Shown here: piece by piece, positions 12,601 to 24,600 of the stretch
How positions within the stretch are numbered: position 1 is the stretch's first letter
Layout of the letters: the number at the start of each line of letters is the position of its first letter
Assembly: GCA_905178155.1 (NCBI GenBank)
Contig: CAJINV010000010.1
Coordinates: 2,596,466-2,660,465 of the forward strand
Length of the DNA stretch: 64,000 nucleotides
Source: Amoebophrya sp. A120
Taxonomy: Eukaryota; Protista; Dinoflagellata
Reading direction: 5' to 3'
Program-made: the position numbers and the translations under genes
The notes under the pieces: model-generated
Told to the model about the DNA's origin: nothing
Seen by the model: the letters and a program-made list of their open reading frames with translations, nothing else
Databases searched by the model: none

Positions 12601-15600
12601 TAATGCATGATTGCAATCCGAGTGCGATACTTTTCTTTGCACAGGATAAGCTGCTGCATCCAGCGATGTCCGCCACGGTGATTCCGATAGAAGAGACGCA
12701 GCTGGTTTTTCTCGGGGCGCGCCGGCACGCAGACTTTGAATTGGTCTGCCCCCGGCGGTGGATGCAGCAGGACTGGTTTGGAACATTTGGTGTTATTCCG
12801 GGGAAAATAAATCATGTCGAAAACCACACGACGGGTGGATCTGGAGCTTTCGAGGTCCGCCCGAGCCGCCCGATGTTCTCGTTTCCAACACCGCAGCAAT
12901 TCCCGGAATTTACCAGCCTCCGCCAGGCCTACGAGTTTTGTCACACCCTTTCCTGGCGGGAGGAGGGTCTGGTGTACCGCTTTGGTAACAGGTTCTGGAA
13001 GCTGCGAAACCCAAAATTCGTGTTCTTGCGGGAGGTCAAAAGTGGCGAGGTCCTCGTGTCGTGCGACGAAAGTACAAGAAGTGCGACGTCGGTGGTGCCA
13101 CTTGCGGTAACATGTACTCCTCCTGGAGGTTCTTCTTGTGGGGAGGACGAAAACGTCTACTCTTTTTCTGATATGACGACCAAAGTGGCAACACTAGGAG
13201 CCACAGCACGACCGACAAACTATAATTACGCAAGCAATCCCCTATGAACGAACAAAATACAAAAGTAGAACATTGGAAAATCTACATATCTCGACGAACC
13301 GATCAAAAATTTTCGTTCAACTACTCATCAATTTTGGTTCAGCTACTGATTAATTTTTGCCATATGACCGAAAATTTCTTGCACATGATCAAAAAATAAA
13401 ACGCACATGATCGAAAAATTTTGAGTCATGACCGAAATAGATGATGGTTCTGAGTGCAGATATTTTTGGTTCTAGGTACTTGCTCTTTTGGAAAACCGAC
13501 CTCTTCATCCTGGACACCGCGACCTCGCACCGATGAACCACAACTATTCAGATTTGTGTGTGTGGGTCACAAATCTGAATAGTTGTGGTTTACAGCAAAA
13601 CCACAACTTTTGACGGGAAACCACAACTATTCGAGTACTCCAAGGTGTTTGAGAATTGCGGAAGCGCTTTCCGCAACAAAATCGGAAGTGAAAAGAGATG
13701 AGGAAACGCATCGGACGGCATGCAGTGGCGGGGCGGAAGGTTATGTTTTTTTTCATTTTGTTTGCAAAGAAGACGGCTACTTCTGCTAAGACGGTTCCAT
13801 TGCGATCAGACTCAAGCCTAGGCGAAGGCAATGGCAAACAAAGGTGATCATGCTTTCTGATTCTGCCTTGTTTGTTTCATTATCATTTCAATATCAATGC
13901 AAAAACAATACAGAACGTCGACGTTGGAGGTGGTTGCAGTTCATGGAGATGTACGTTGAGAGGAAGCGATGCGAAAGAAAAGCAGTTCATGGAGGTGGAG
14001 TTGAACTTGGACGCGGTCGAGACTGGAGGCGCTTCGGAGGTGATCCGCCTGTTGATGCTGTAGCACCGCAACTTCGCCATCGCCGCGATGATTCAAGCCC
14101 TGACGTAGCGGGCGGCGTGAAGATGTTGCGTTGTGATACTGAGATGTCAGATGTAGACAGAAATGTGAGAAAGAGAAAAAAGATTAAGATAAACACGAAG
14201 ATAGAGATAATGATAAAGAGTCAGAGTAACTATTTCGGTATTAAGTTTAAGAAGCAGTGTGTGGAGTGAGTGCGAAAGTGCAAGCGATGTCTGAAACACT
14301 TAAAGTCTCGCCGTCCCCTGTGATAGTAGTGTGCTAGTGTCATTCTCATTCCGAGTAAAACTCTGCCTGTGAAGAAGAAGGCGCAGTTGCTGCCGAAAGA
14401 GTAAGAGTCGGTCACAACAAAATCAAAACAACAGTAATGCAAACGCAATGCTCCAAGTGCGTGCAAGTGCGCGACTGTCGTTTGAGTATGGGCATGAAGA
14501 GGACTATGAGTAATGAGTGAGAGCACAAGAAATGCGCCTGAGTCTGAACGTCGCGGATTTGTATTTTGATTTGTTTAGAATTAGAATTAGACAACTGCGC
14601 GCAGTAGTGTTCGAGTCGGAACCTGCTCTGTGCGGTTTTTGCGCTCTCGTGTTTTGGATCGATATCGAAGTCGATTTGTGGCGTTGTGCATTTCGAAATC
14701 GAATTCGAGTTGAGTTTGTGTCTCCATTTGTGAAAGAGAAAGTGACCCTGCGATGCACACGTGCCTCCCATTGCCGGGGTGATTTTGATCCGCTTCTTCA
14801 TCTTCTTTTTCATTTTCATCATCATCTTGTTCTTCTTCCGCTACTACTACAACTACTTCTACATGTGCTTGTGCATCTACTTCTACATCTAATACTATTA
14901 CAAATGGTCAACGACAATGTCAAGGCCAAGGTCATACCCATTCCCATTGCTATCGGTCCGATAGCGTTAGCGTTAGCGATTGCTATCGGTACGAAAACTA
15001 ACGAGAACGTGGACGACCAAAAGTAAATATGATTACGAGTATGACTACCACTATGGGATGATAACTATCACTGTGCTGCGTCTACCTCTGCAGCTGCGCC
15101 TGCAGTTTCAGTTGCGATTGCAACTTCATTGCCTGTTTTCATTTTCAGGAAAACAATAATAGTGAAGAGTCAAGTCGTTGTCGTAGTCGTTGTGGTGCAC
15201 TTTGTGTTATTGGTCCGAGTTTGTGGCTGTGCCCGTGCGATTGCGATTCCGCCAGATTTATTTTTTTGCACAAACGCTTTCGTTGCCACCGATGGCGGCG
15301 CCATCCTCTTCATCTTCCGCAGCTGGTCCTGCAGTTGAGCCCGCAGTAGCAATTGAACCTCCGCCCCCACCTCAGCAAACGTGCCCGATCGCAACTGCCG
15401 TCGCCAACGCGGTGAACATGGACGACGTAGTGTCCCTTTTGGAGGATGCTGAGAGTCGCTTCAGCGACCGCGGAAAGCAGGCGACTTCGCGGGAATTGAA
15501 TGAGCCAGTGCTAATCCACGAGCAGAATAGAGTGCACAACAACAGCGCAGTAGGCCGCAAAGGCTGGTGTCGACTTCCCCCGAAAAAAGCCAACCTGAGC

Positions 15601-18600
15601 AAAATGTACCAAAAGATGCACAATGAACCAGCAGGGCGAAATCCTAACCAGGAGAAGCTGCGGAAGTTTGCAGTTGCGGAATTACGGGCGCGGTTTGACG
15701 TTCCTGTGCATTTTGACCGTCTTCTCGTCGCGGCTTTGAGGAAGAAGAAAGAACTCGAAGAAGATGAGGCGGAGCGACTAGATCCGGAAAACCTTGGCGC
15801 ACCAAAAGCGAAGAGAGTAAAGGTACTGGGTAGTAGCTGTTGATATTCATACTTGCGTGTAGTTGTACTTGTAGATGTAGATGAAGATGCACTCATGATC
15901 TGGATCTCCGATTCTTATGCTCGTCATTGCAACGTCGATGCCCTCCTTACCGGATCCGGTGCTGTATGCTAATATCAGAACTCTTCAACGTCTACATCAG
16001 GTAAATAACTTCGTCGACGAGTGGGGGAACTTTTCTCTCGCGAAGCTTTCTAGCCTGAAAACTAAAGCGGAAAAATACGAGTACATCGGCTACATCTTGG
16101 CGACGTCCAGCGCAACCTCGGCGAAAAAGGTGCGAGTGCGAGATTCGCCTTTCACTACTTCTCCTACACTAGCAGTGGCCGCGGCTCCACTCCGTCGGTC
16201 TCGGTTTGTGCTTCAGCTGTAGCGCCAACATCTTCTACTTCTAGCCGCAGTTGCGTTTTCTTTTTCATTTCCTTTTTTACTATCAGATATGCATGGTCTA
16301 GGTCTTGTGCACGAAGAAGCCCTACACCAGCCTTCAGACTGCTAGGGTTTACCTGGGTGCATTTGAAAAGAGTGGTACTGTTGGCATGTGGGAATTGTCA
16401 TGGTGGTTGTAGCAGAAGTAGTTGTAGATGAAGTTGCAGTTGCAGACGCACAAGAAAATGAAAAAGCACAACGCGCGGTCCTAGGATCGTCGCCGCCTTT
16501 ATCATTATCCGGGAATAGCTTCACAACAAACAACTACGACAGATCCAGTTACTGCAGAACCTTTTCCAAATGGAGCAGCTGTTCAGCAACAAGACGCGGT
16601 ACCTTGGGTTGGATAAAGTAGCACTTTCTGGCGGAGTTGTTAACGTCGCTGACAACGTGATGACCCTGCGATCCGGTCCGGGAAGCGCGCCGGTGATGGG
16701 CCCACTACTGGGCATCAACAAAGACAAAAGAATCCAGTACACGTACGAGAAGTTGCCTTCTCCGCAAAAGCGGCGCGCACTACTGACGCTGAAGGGCAAC
16801 CTGGAGTACGAGGACGCGCGGGAGAACAAGGTGGTAGCAACGAAAAAACAACTGAACTATCAGGACGGGCTCCGGATGTTGGCGCAGCGGTTGGAGGATA
16901 AAATTCTGCGGGTGTTGAATTTACGGGACCGCTCGGACGTGGAAGCAATGGCGGGTATTTTTACATCTCTACTGGACGTTGTTGCACTTGCAGTCGCAGT
17001 TGCGGGTGTGAAAATGAACGTGAAACAAAAATGATTCCGCCACTCGTGTGGCGCTTGCAGCTTTCCATGCGGTTGAGCTAGGGCGTTTGTTGCATGACAG
17101 AAAACTTGCAATACCAATTCCAATGCGTATGCGAATGCCTATGCAAATGCAAATGCAAAACCGAAATAAACACGCAAACTTAAATCTTAATCAGACCTCG
17201 ACATCAAGCGCCAGGAGGTCGTCATGGAGATTGCAAACGACCTGGACGTCGTCCAGTTTTGGAACGCCCAGGTGAATGACAATTTGGTGAACAGGGTCGA
17301 GATGAAGCTTTCGTCGGCCGCGTACAAGCGGGCAATCGACGATGGTGCCGCGGCGGCGTCTTTGAGCTGTGCTGCTAAAACACCCCGACCAATACTGGTG
17401 ATCCGTGTCGCCCCCGACAGCACGCCGTTCAAAAACGGTTCGTCTTTCACGTTGGAGGCGATTATCTACAAGTGCTGCCCGGTCACGAAGCAGATCCATC
17501 TCAAGCACATCGTGCCGTCGGCGAAGTCGCACAGTGGAGGTGCGTACACCACCATCGCCGACATCTATGAACTCCTCGCTACTGTTTGCCCTTTGCCGGG
17601 CTGCACCACGGCGGCGTGGGAATCCGACCCACTGTGCATCATGGTGTGCACGAGTGACGCTGCTGCCGACGTGCTGGCCGGCTTTCGCAGTCTCCGCCGG
17701 ATGAACTACGTGCTCCAGCTGAAACGCCAAGAGCAGATCAAAAATAAAAAGAGGAAAAAATACGTGGAGTTTCATTTTTGTCAACAGGTGTGTCAACTCC
17801 ACCAATATCACATATTGACCGGCGAAATCGTCGAACAGATAAAACACGACTTCCCCTCCTTCCTGGAAGGTATCAACAGCATCCAGAGGTCGATGCACCT
17901 CTGGGGACCAAAAGATAAAAACGCGCACAACTACGTCAACATCCCGAAGGCGGCGACGCACCGGTGGATGACCTTGTACCCGACGCTCGAATGTTTAGCG
18001 GCAAACAGAATCGCGATCACCAGAAACATCGAACAAATCGACGCGATGAAGCGTGAGGAGGGGGAAATGAGGGAGACGTGCAAAAAAGCGAAGCTGCACG
18101 TCGCCGACGAAAGGTTCTGGCGAGTAGTAACGGCTGCGCGCTGTGTGATGCAGGTCGTACACGAGGCCTCCGTTAAAGTACAGAACGACCCGGACGTTGT
18201 CATGAGCGACGCGACTTTGCCGAGCATGTTCCCGCACCGACCGCGCGCGAAGACCGTGGACGAAATCCTGGACTTGATCCGCCAGCGGATGTATCTCGGT
18301 GATGGCGATCCCCTGCAGGCCCGCCTGCTCTTGTACCTCGCAGTGAGACTTCCGTCGCGGGAGATCCAGTTCCACTGCTATCCCTGGATGTTGACGCCCC
18401 TCTTCTCGCCGGACGAAAACCAGCGCAAGGTCCACGCGGAAATGTTGCTCGCAACCGAGCCGGATAACAGAGACTCGTTCATCAACTTGCTCTGCACGGG
18501 AGTGTACCAAGAGTCGCTCCAGAAGATGGTTAACGGTGAGGTGATGCCGCCGGAGTTGTTCGCCGTGCTGGGGCCGGTTTACGTGGCGATGATTCCCCAA

Positions 18601-21600
18601 ACGCAGTTCACCGAAAGTTTACACTCTTCGACGGCGATAGAGAAAAAGGTGGCGCCGAATATCGGCGTTGTGCGTGCTGGACTTCGTGTTGCTCGCAATC
18701 GGGGTGACCACATCCAGTACGAGGAGTTTAAGGAGCTGCAGGAACAGTGGAAGTCGCGGTTCGACATGCGGCGGAAATCTGCGAAGGAGTACGACAAGAC
18801 GGAGCTGGAGGAGCTGGTTAGTTACGACACAGAATTTTTGCATCCGTGGCTCTCAAAGTTGTATGATGTTTTCGACGAGTACTTGTTGAGCAACCCGTTG
18901 TTTCCGGAAAAAGTAGAAACGGCGCAGCTACAGAAGATAATCTCCGGCCCCATACCGCCGAACAACAAGCTCGTCGTCCCGCCGGTGGTGCTGCGACACC
19001 TTGCAGAATACTCCACTCCGCTACCGATTTGGAAGCCGGGGCGGCCGGTCAACCTCTTCAAGGAGAAAGCAGTTTATGTCGGATTCCTCATCTGGCGGGA
19101 ACCGGAAAAGAACCAGTTCATTACGGTGCCGGACGTGTACTACTGCGTTTCGCAAGAAGGAAAGCTGAAAGGGCACGTATTGCGGTGCCGGCAGATTCTC
19201 CAACCGGACTTTGACGAGGGCATGACGTTCAGGAGAAACTTCGAGCAAAAACACCAGCCCGATTATCCGAAAGGAAGAACGCAGTGGTGGTGCTGCAGTC
19301 CGTACGACCGCGTCCGCACGTTGTCGCAGTGGGTACTGGACCCGAAGCCCAGCAGGGAGCGTTACTTGTTTCGCTTCAAGATCGCGTGCGTGACGGGTTG
19401 CAGGTGGTGGGAGGACAAGCACACGGTGCTGAAAAGCGGCATCCTCTTCAGCATTCGGGACGACGAGTGGCTTTCCACGACCCTGTCTTACTCCAAGCTG
19501 TTTGTGCCGGCGGCGGAGAAAGCGCGATCAGAGGAGGTGATCGTGCAGGGACCCAATGCGAAGGTCGCGGTGCGAACCACGCGCGAGGTGTCGTGGTTCG
19601 GGTTTGACCAACGCAAAGCGGTGCCGGAAAAAACGATGTCCGACGCGATCGACCCTGTGTACTTCATCTTCCGACCGGAGAAGTCCAACTGGGTCGCTAC
19701 GATTCCGCTAAAGAGATCTACGGGTGAAGCGTCGGCGGAGCGGAAGTCGTACTCTGCTACCACCGCCGGGCATCTGCAGAGTCAGGACTTAGTGATGGCC
19801 GCGCGGCACGAGTGCGTTAAGCTGGTCTGTGGTCACTTGAAGGAGCCCCAGCCAGTGCCAGACCAGGACCAGGAGGATGAAGCCTACGCGGAGCTGTCGA
19901 AGTACATCGACGCCACCAAAGACGTGGACTTCTATGAGTCGCTGGGCGTTGACAAAGAGCAGTACAGCGACAACTCCGACTCCGAGCCGGAGTAAAACAC
20001 TTCTTCCCGTAGCAGTAACATCTTCGCCGCGTCCGCAGTGTCGTATCTTCCTCATCTTCGCCTCGACGAAGAGCACAGACCAGTAGGCACGTGCCGTCGA
20101 AAACATCAAACAACAACAAGAGTCACGGAGGTGCATGTTTTTATTTGTATACTTTACTTCGGAGCGGGTGCAGGTAAGAATAGTCTCACCGCAGTGGAAG
20201 CTGCGCACTTTTTGATAATTATGTATCACATGCTGCTGTAAGTTAAAACTAATCAGAAAGTTAAAGTTTCGATACACACTACTAAAACACGACGCGAGTG
20301 CGTCCATAGGAATGTAAAAATGCACAGCTTTTTATGGTCTTCGCATACGCGTGCACGTGCGTGCGCGCGCGCAAGACGAATTACTTCGAATGCAATAGGT
20401 CAACACGCATCTTCGTTGTTTTGTTTCAGCCAAAAATTGACATTGAGGGGAAAGACGCAGTCTAGTCTTCGCCGTAGCATAGAACTTTATTTGTATGATA
20501 GCGTGCACAGCAAGAGCAGTACGAGATGAGCACTTTTTTCAGGTTACACCAGGCTGCGAGCGAGGACGCCCGACTCTGGCATCGCTGGTGCCGACAGAAA
20601 AACAAGCGCGATCGCGATAGCAAGTGACTGCGATAATTATGATTCTATTTGAAAGTAGTGTAATTCTTGCATCCCGTACAGATTAGCGCAGCAGTATACG
20701 AGACAGAAAGAGCTGAGACGAGCTTAACAATTTGAGTATCTGTGTAGGCGGTTGGGTGATAGAAGTTACGCACAACGTGCGTGTACGCAAGTAGCTTGTA
20801 AATGCCCCAGCGATAGAGAAATTGAAAGATGTACCCAGTTCCCCCTGCCCTTGTAAATCCCGAAATCACCAAAAAGATCTGGCTATTTTCCCACCCGATA
20901 CAGAATTGACGCGTAGTAGTTTCTAGTGCGACGGCCCGCAGTTTCTTATCACATCGTAGAGGAAAGTTGTACGTAGGCACTACCCCAGAACACACGAAGC
21001 CCACGAATTTTGTACCCGAAGATCATTGTAAAACGTCCGTCAAGACACGAAAATCATGTACCGAAATGCAGAAAATTCAGAGGTCGACTCTCATATTTGA
21101 AATGAAGAAGCAGCCGCGAAGAGCCTTCAGATCCTGAGAATGACGCGAGATTTTGACCGAGCCTTGTGAGGTCTGAGCCGAAAATGCACAAGAAAATGAG
21201 AAGACGACGACCAAAAATTCTTGCTCAATTAGAAGATCATCATCGGTTCGCGGCGCTGTAAATAGCGCTCTCGGTCTTGAAATTTTGTCTCACATGTCGA
21301 CGATTTTCCTTCAAAATACGACGTTCCAAAAGTTGGGATTTCTGGTTCCTAGAGATTCAACTGTGATTTTTCATCAAAAACCCAGAAATGTAGAAAAAGT
21401 CCTAGGACTTTTTCTACATTTCGCACTTTTTCATGATTTTTGCAAGGTCAAAGTCTAGGAACCAGAAATCCCAACTTTTGGAGCGTCCATTTTTACTTCT
21501 GAATTTTGTGATTTCTATCCAATTTGCGTCATCTATCCAACCAAAAAACACAGTTGTACAGGGAGAAAACTTAAGGCTGAGTTGAAAAAAAAACCGCGTT

Positions 21601-24600
21601 TTGAAGATGAGTTCGTCCGAATCTCTGCTGCATTTCCTCGATGAGGAAGAGGCCGTTCTGGCTCTCGAGGCCCTGCCCACCGCGATCGAGAAGGCCAAAA
21701 CCGGTGCCCCGGACGACGTCATCGCGCTGTGCGACGCCATGAAAAAGGTCCTTCCGACGAAGGAAGAGGTCGCCGCGGTGCTCAAGGCGTGGCGCGCCGG
21801 AAAACTGACCAAGGTAATCATATATAGCTTTTACGAAGTGAAAAAATAGGAACGTTTCTACTTTTTTATAAAACATCTTGATCATACGAAGCAACATCAC
21901 GGCTTGTATAATAGGAGTGTTTTTGTTTTTTTATGAAAAGCAGAACATAGAAAGGTCGTATCTCACTAACAAATCAATACTTGAAAACTGTGTCAATCAC
22001 CTCTACAGGCCGACATGATGCAGTTCTGTCAGAGATTCGTCGATAGACGATTTAAACAGGGAGCGACGTTACTCCTCTCGGTGCTCAACCGTTTTGGACA
22101 ATCGAAACTCAACCCCCTCCGCTCCTTGGCGCACATGCACAAGCTGTTGGGGTACATGGAATCCGGTGAATACGTCGTCGTCCGCGGTATATTCCGTAGT
22201 TTAGAACAAGCAAAGATTTTACTATATATCGCAGCTTAGAGCAAGAAAAATTTTTACTTTTTTCCTAGCGCGCTGTGCCGCGGAGCCGTCTTTCGTAGAA
22301 TAAAAGCGGACCACTTCCCCCCCCCCGTTCGTGTACAATGCCCACCCTCCCACTCGAAAATAGGTAGCATCAACGTCATTTGCAGTGCTGCGGCTTACTT
22401 TCTTGCCAAGTGGGAACTGCACGCCTTTCGCTTGCGTGCAAACAGGTCCGACACATGGCCACACTACTACCCAAACGAAAGGAAGAACTACCTCGCGCAA
22501 AAAAAAGCGCTGAAAAAGCGGGTGAGTGAGGCCTTGTGCACTTTGTTGCACCGCTACCCGCCCGGGTATGCAAAGGCAGTAGTGCAAGCAATTAGCAACC
22601 CCGACAACAAGCCCTGGTACGAATGCCCGCACATCCCTGCCTGCCTCGCTGCTACACACCCTAGCGAAGTCGCCCCCGGAGAACGCGCAATGATTTTTCG
22701 CTCCTGGGCCAATGACAAGTTCAAGTTGCGGCGCGCATTTAACGCGCCGATAATCAAGCACAACAGCCGACCCCTGGCTGAGATGAGGGACGAAGATGAG
22801 GATTCAGACTGGGACTCATCACCTCCTATTTGTGTTGTTGAGTGCCGACAACCAGAACATCATCTACGATTCAAAAAAGATATTATCGCCATTGCCGTCG
22901 ATCCCACGGCCCCGGATGGTAAGCTGTCCCTCGCCGCGGAGCAGGAAGTTTTCTACGAAGTGATTTCCGGGTATCACTCCACCCGGGCCGCCCAGGAGCT
23001 CGTGAAGCGCGAGGACGGTTCCAACAAGTTCGAGCGGATGCGCATGCGGTATTTCTTACTACTGGTTTCTGTTTTACATACAAGTACAAATTCACTCGCG
23101 CCACAAGTCGTATCTCGCAGCCGCATCTCCATGTGCACAAGATTGAAGTTTTCAGAAATAGTTTAAGATCGCAGTCGAAGAAGATTTTGTATGTTTTCAC
23201 TCCGTGGAAAGAATGCTCGTGTCTTTTTCTCTTCAGAAATTCCGCTCATGAGGCCGAAACCTGAAGACGAACTGCAGCACACTAAAGCATGACCACGAGT
23301 ACAACCACGACGTATACACAACTATAACGAAATCGAAAGCAAAAGCTTTGGTGAAACGGAGCCACACATTTCATCTCAGGTACACCATCTACAGCTCCGA
23401 GTTCGCCAAGTACGAGGACTTATGCAGAATCTTTATCAGGCTCTGCAACGAGAGTAACTCGACTTTGACAACCACACATGTTGAAAAACTGTTGGTTGTT
23501 TTTCCCCAAGTATTAGACCCGCCCAGTTGGGTATTTTATGTTTTTACTGATGGCTCTGGTGATACAGATACTCATACTGATAGTCGTCGTGATAGAGATG
23601 ATGATGGCGCTTACGGTGGCGATGCGTCTTGCGTCATTTTCTAAATTTAAAAAGAAGAAGATCGTGATCGTGGGTGTCAGTGTCACTACTTCTTGTCACA
23701 GCTTCACCTTCTCCGCAGCCTCGACCTGGTATGCATAGTCTCGCTGGAGATAATGCATCAAGGTGGTCAAGCAAGCATGGCCTGAGAGCTGCATGATTGT
23801 TGTCAAAGCAGTGCCGGACCTATGTAGGTGTCCGATTAGACTCCTTCGCGGAGTATGGCTCGTCACTAGGTGCGGCGGACACGACCTCTTTCCTTCGGGA
23901 GTGAAGGTCATTCGCGCAGTTCGGACCTTCTTTTCGAATGCCTCATACGCAAAGCTGAAAACTCGGTCCTTTGCCGCTTTGCCCTGTGCCCGAAGAGTTT
24001 GAAGTCGCTCGACGATAAAGTCCTTCGTGGCTTTAACGGGCTGGATGGGGACCCACTTCAATGTGCCGCGCCCGCCGCTGTTCTGCGCTAATTTAGTATT
24101 GCCGATGCGGATCTGCGTTGTTTGGATGTCCTCCAGGTTGAGGCACCTCACATCCATTCCACGCCGCCCGGTTAGGCAGGCAAGAATCCACGCGAACCGG
24201 TACTGCTTACCGGCTTCGGTTTTCCTGCCGGTGCTTTTCTCCAAGTGCAGCCCAAATCTGCGGCAGTCCGGCATGGTCATGGACCCACTCCGCTCCTCCG
24301 CGTCGACAATGTTGTTCTTTCTGGTTTTAGGAGCTTTGCTCTTCTGCGCCCCCAATCGCGCCTTGCTTTTTGATGTCACCTTAGGACGCGCCTTCATTGC
24401 TACTTTCTTTGTTCCGCTGCGTGCGGGCTTTGTACGTCGCTTTCCCTTTGGCATGATCGCTTCGTGACAGAGGATGGTGGAGGGGACGTTCTGTGATGTG
24501 TTTTAAATTTATTTCATGACACAGAGACGCCTTTTTTTTTCACATATTGAGCTCGCAGCGACATGAAGATGTTTCTCAAAACAACATGACAGCTGCACCG

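Noticed and set aside
13696-15200. Additional cargo gene in the left arm of the transposon
   Set aside because: Only short ORFs in periodic low-complexity sequence; no consistent exon chain or motif found.
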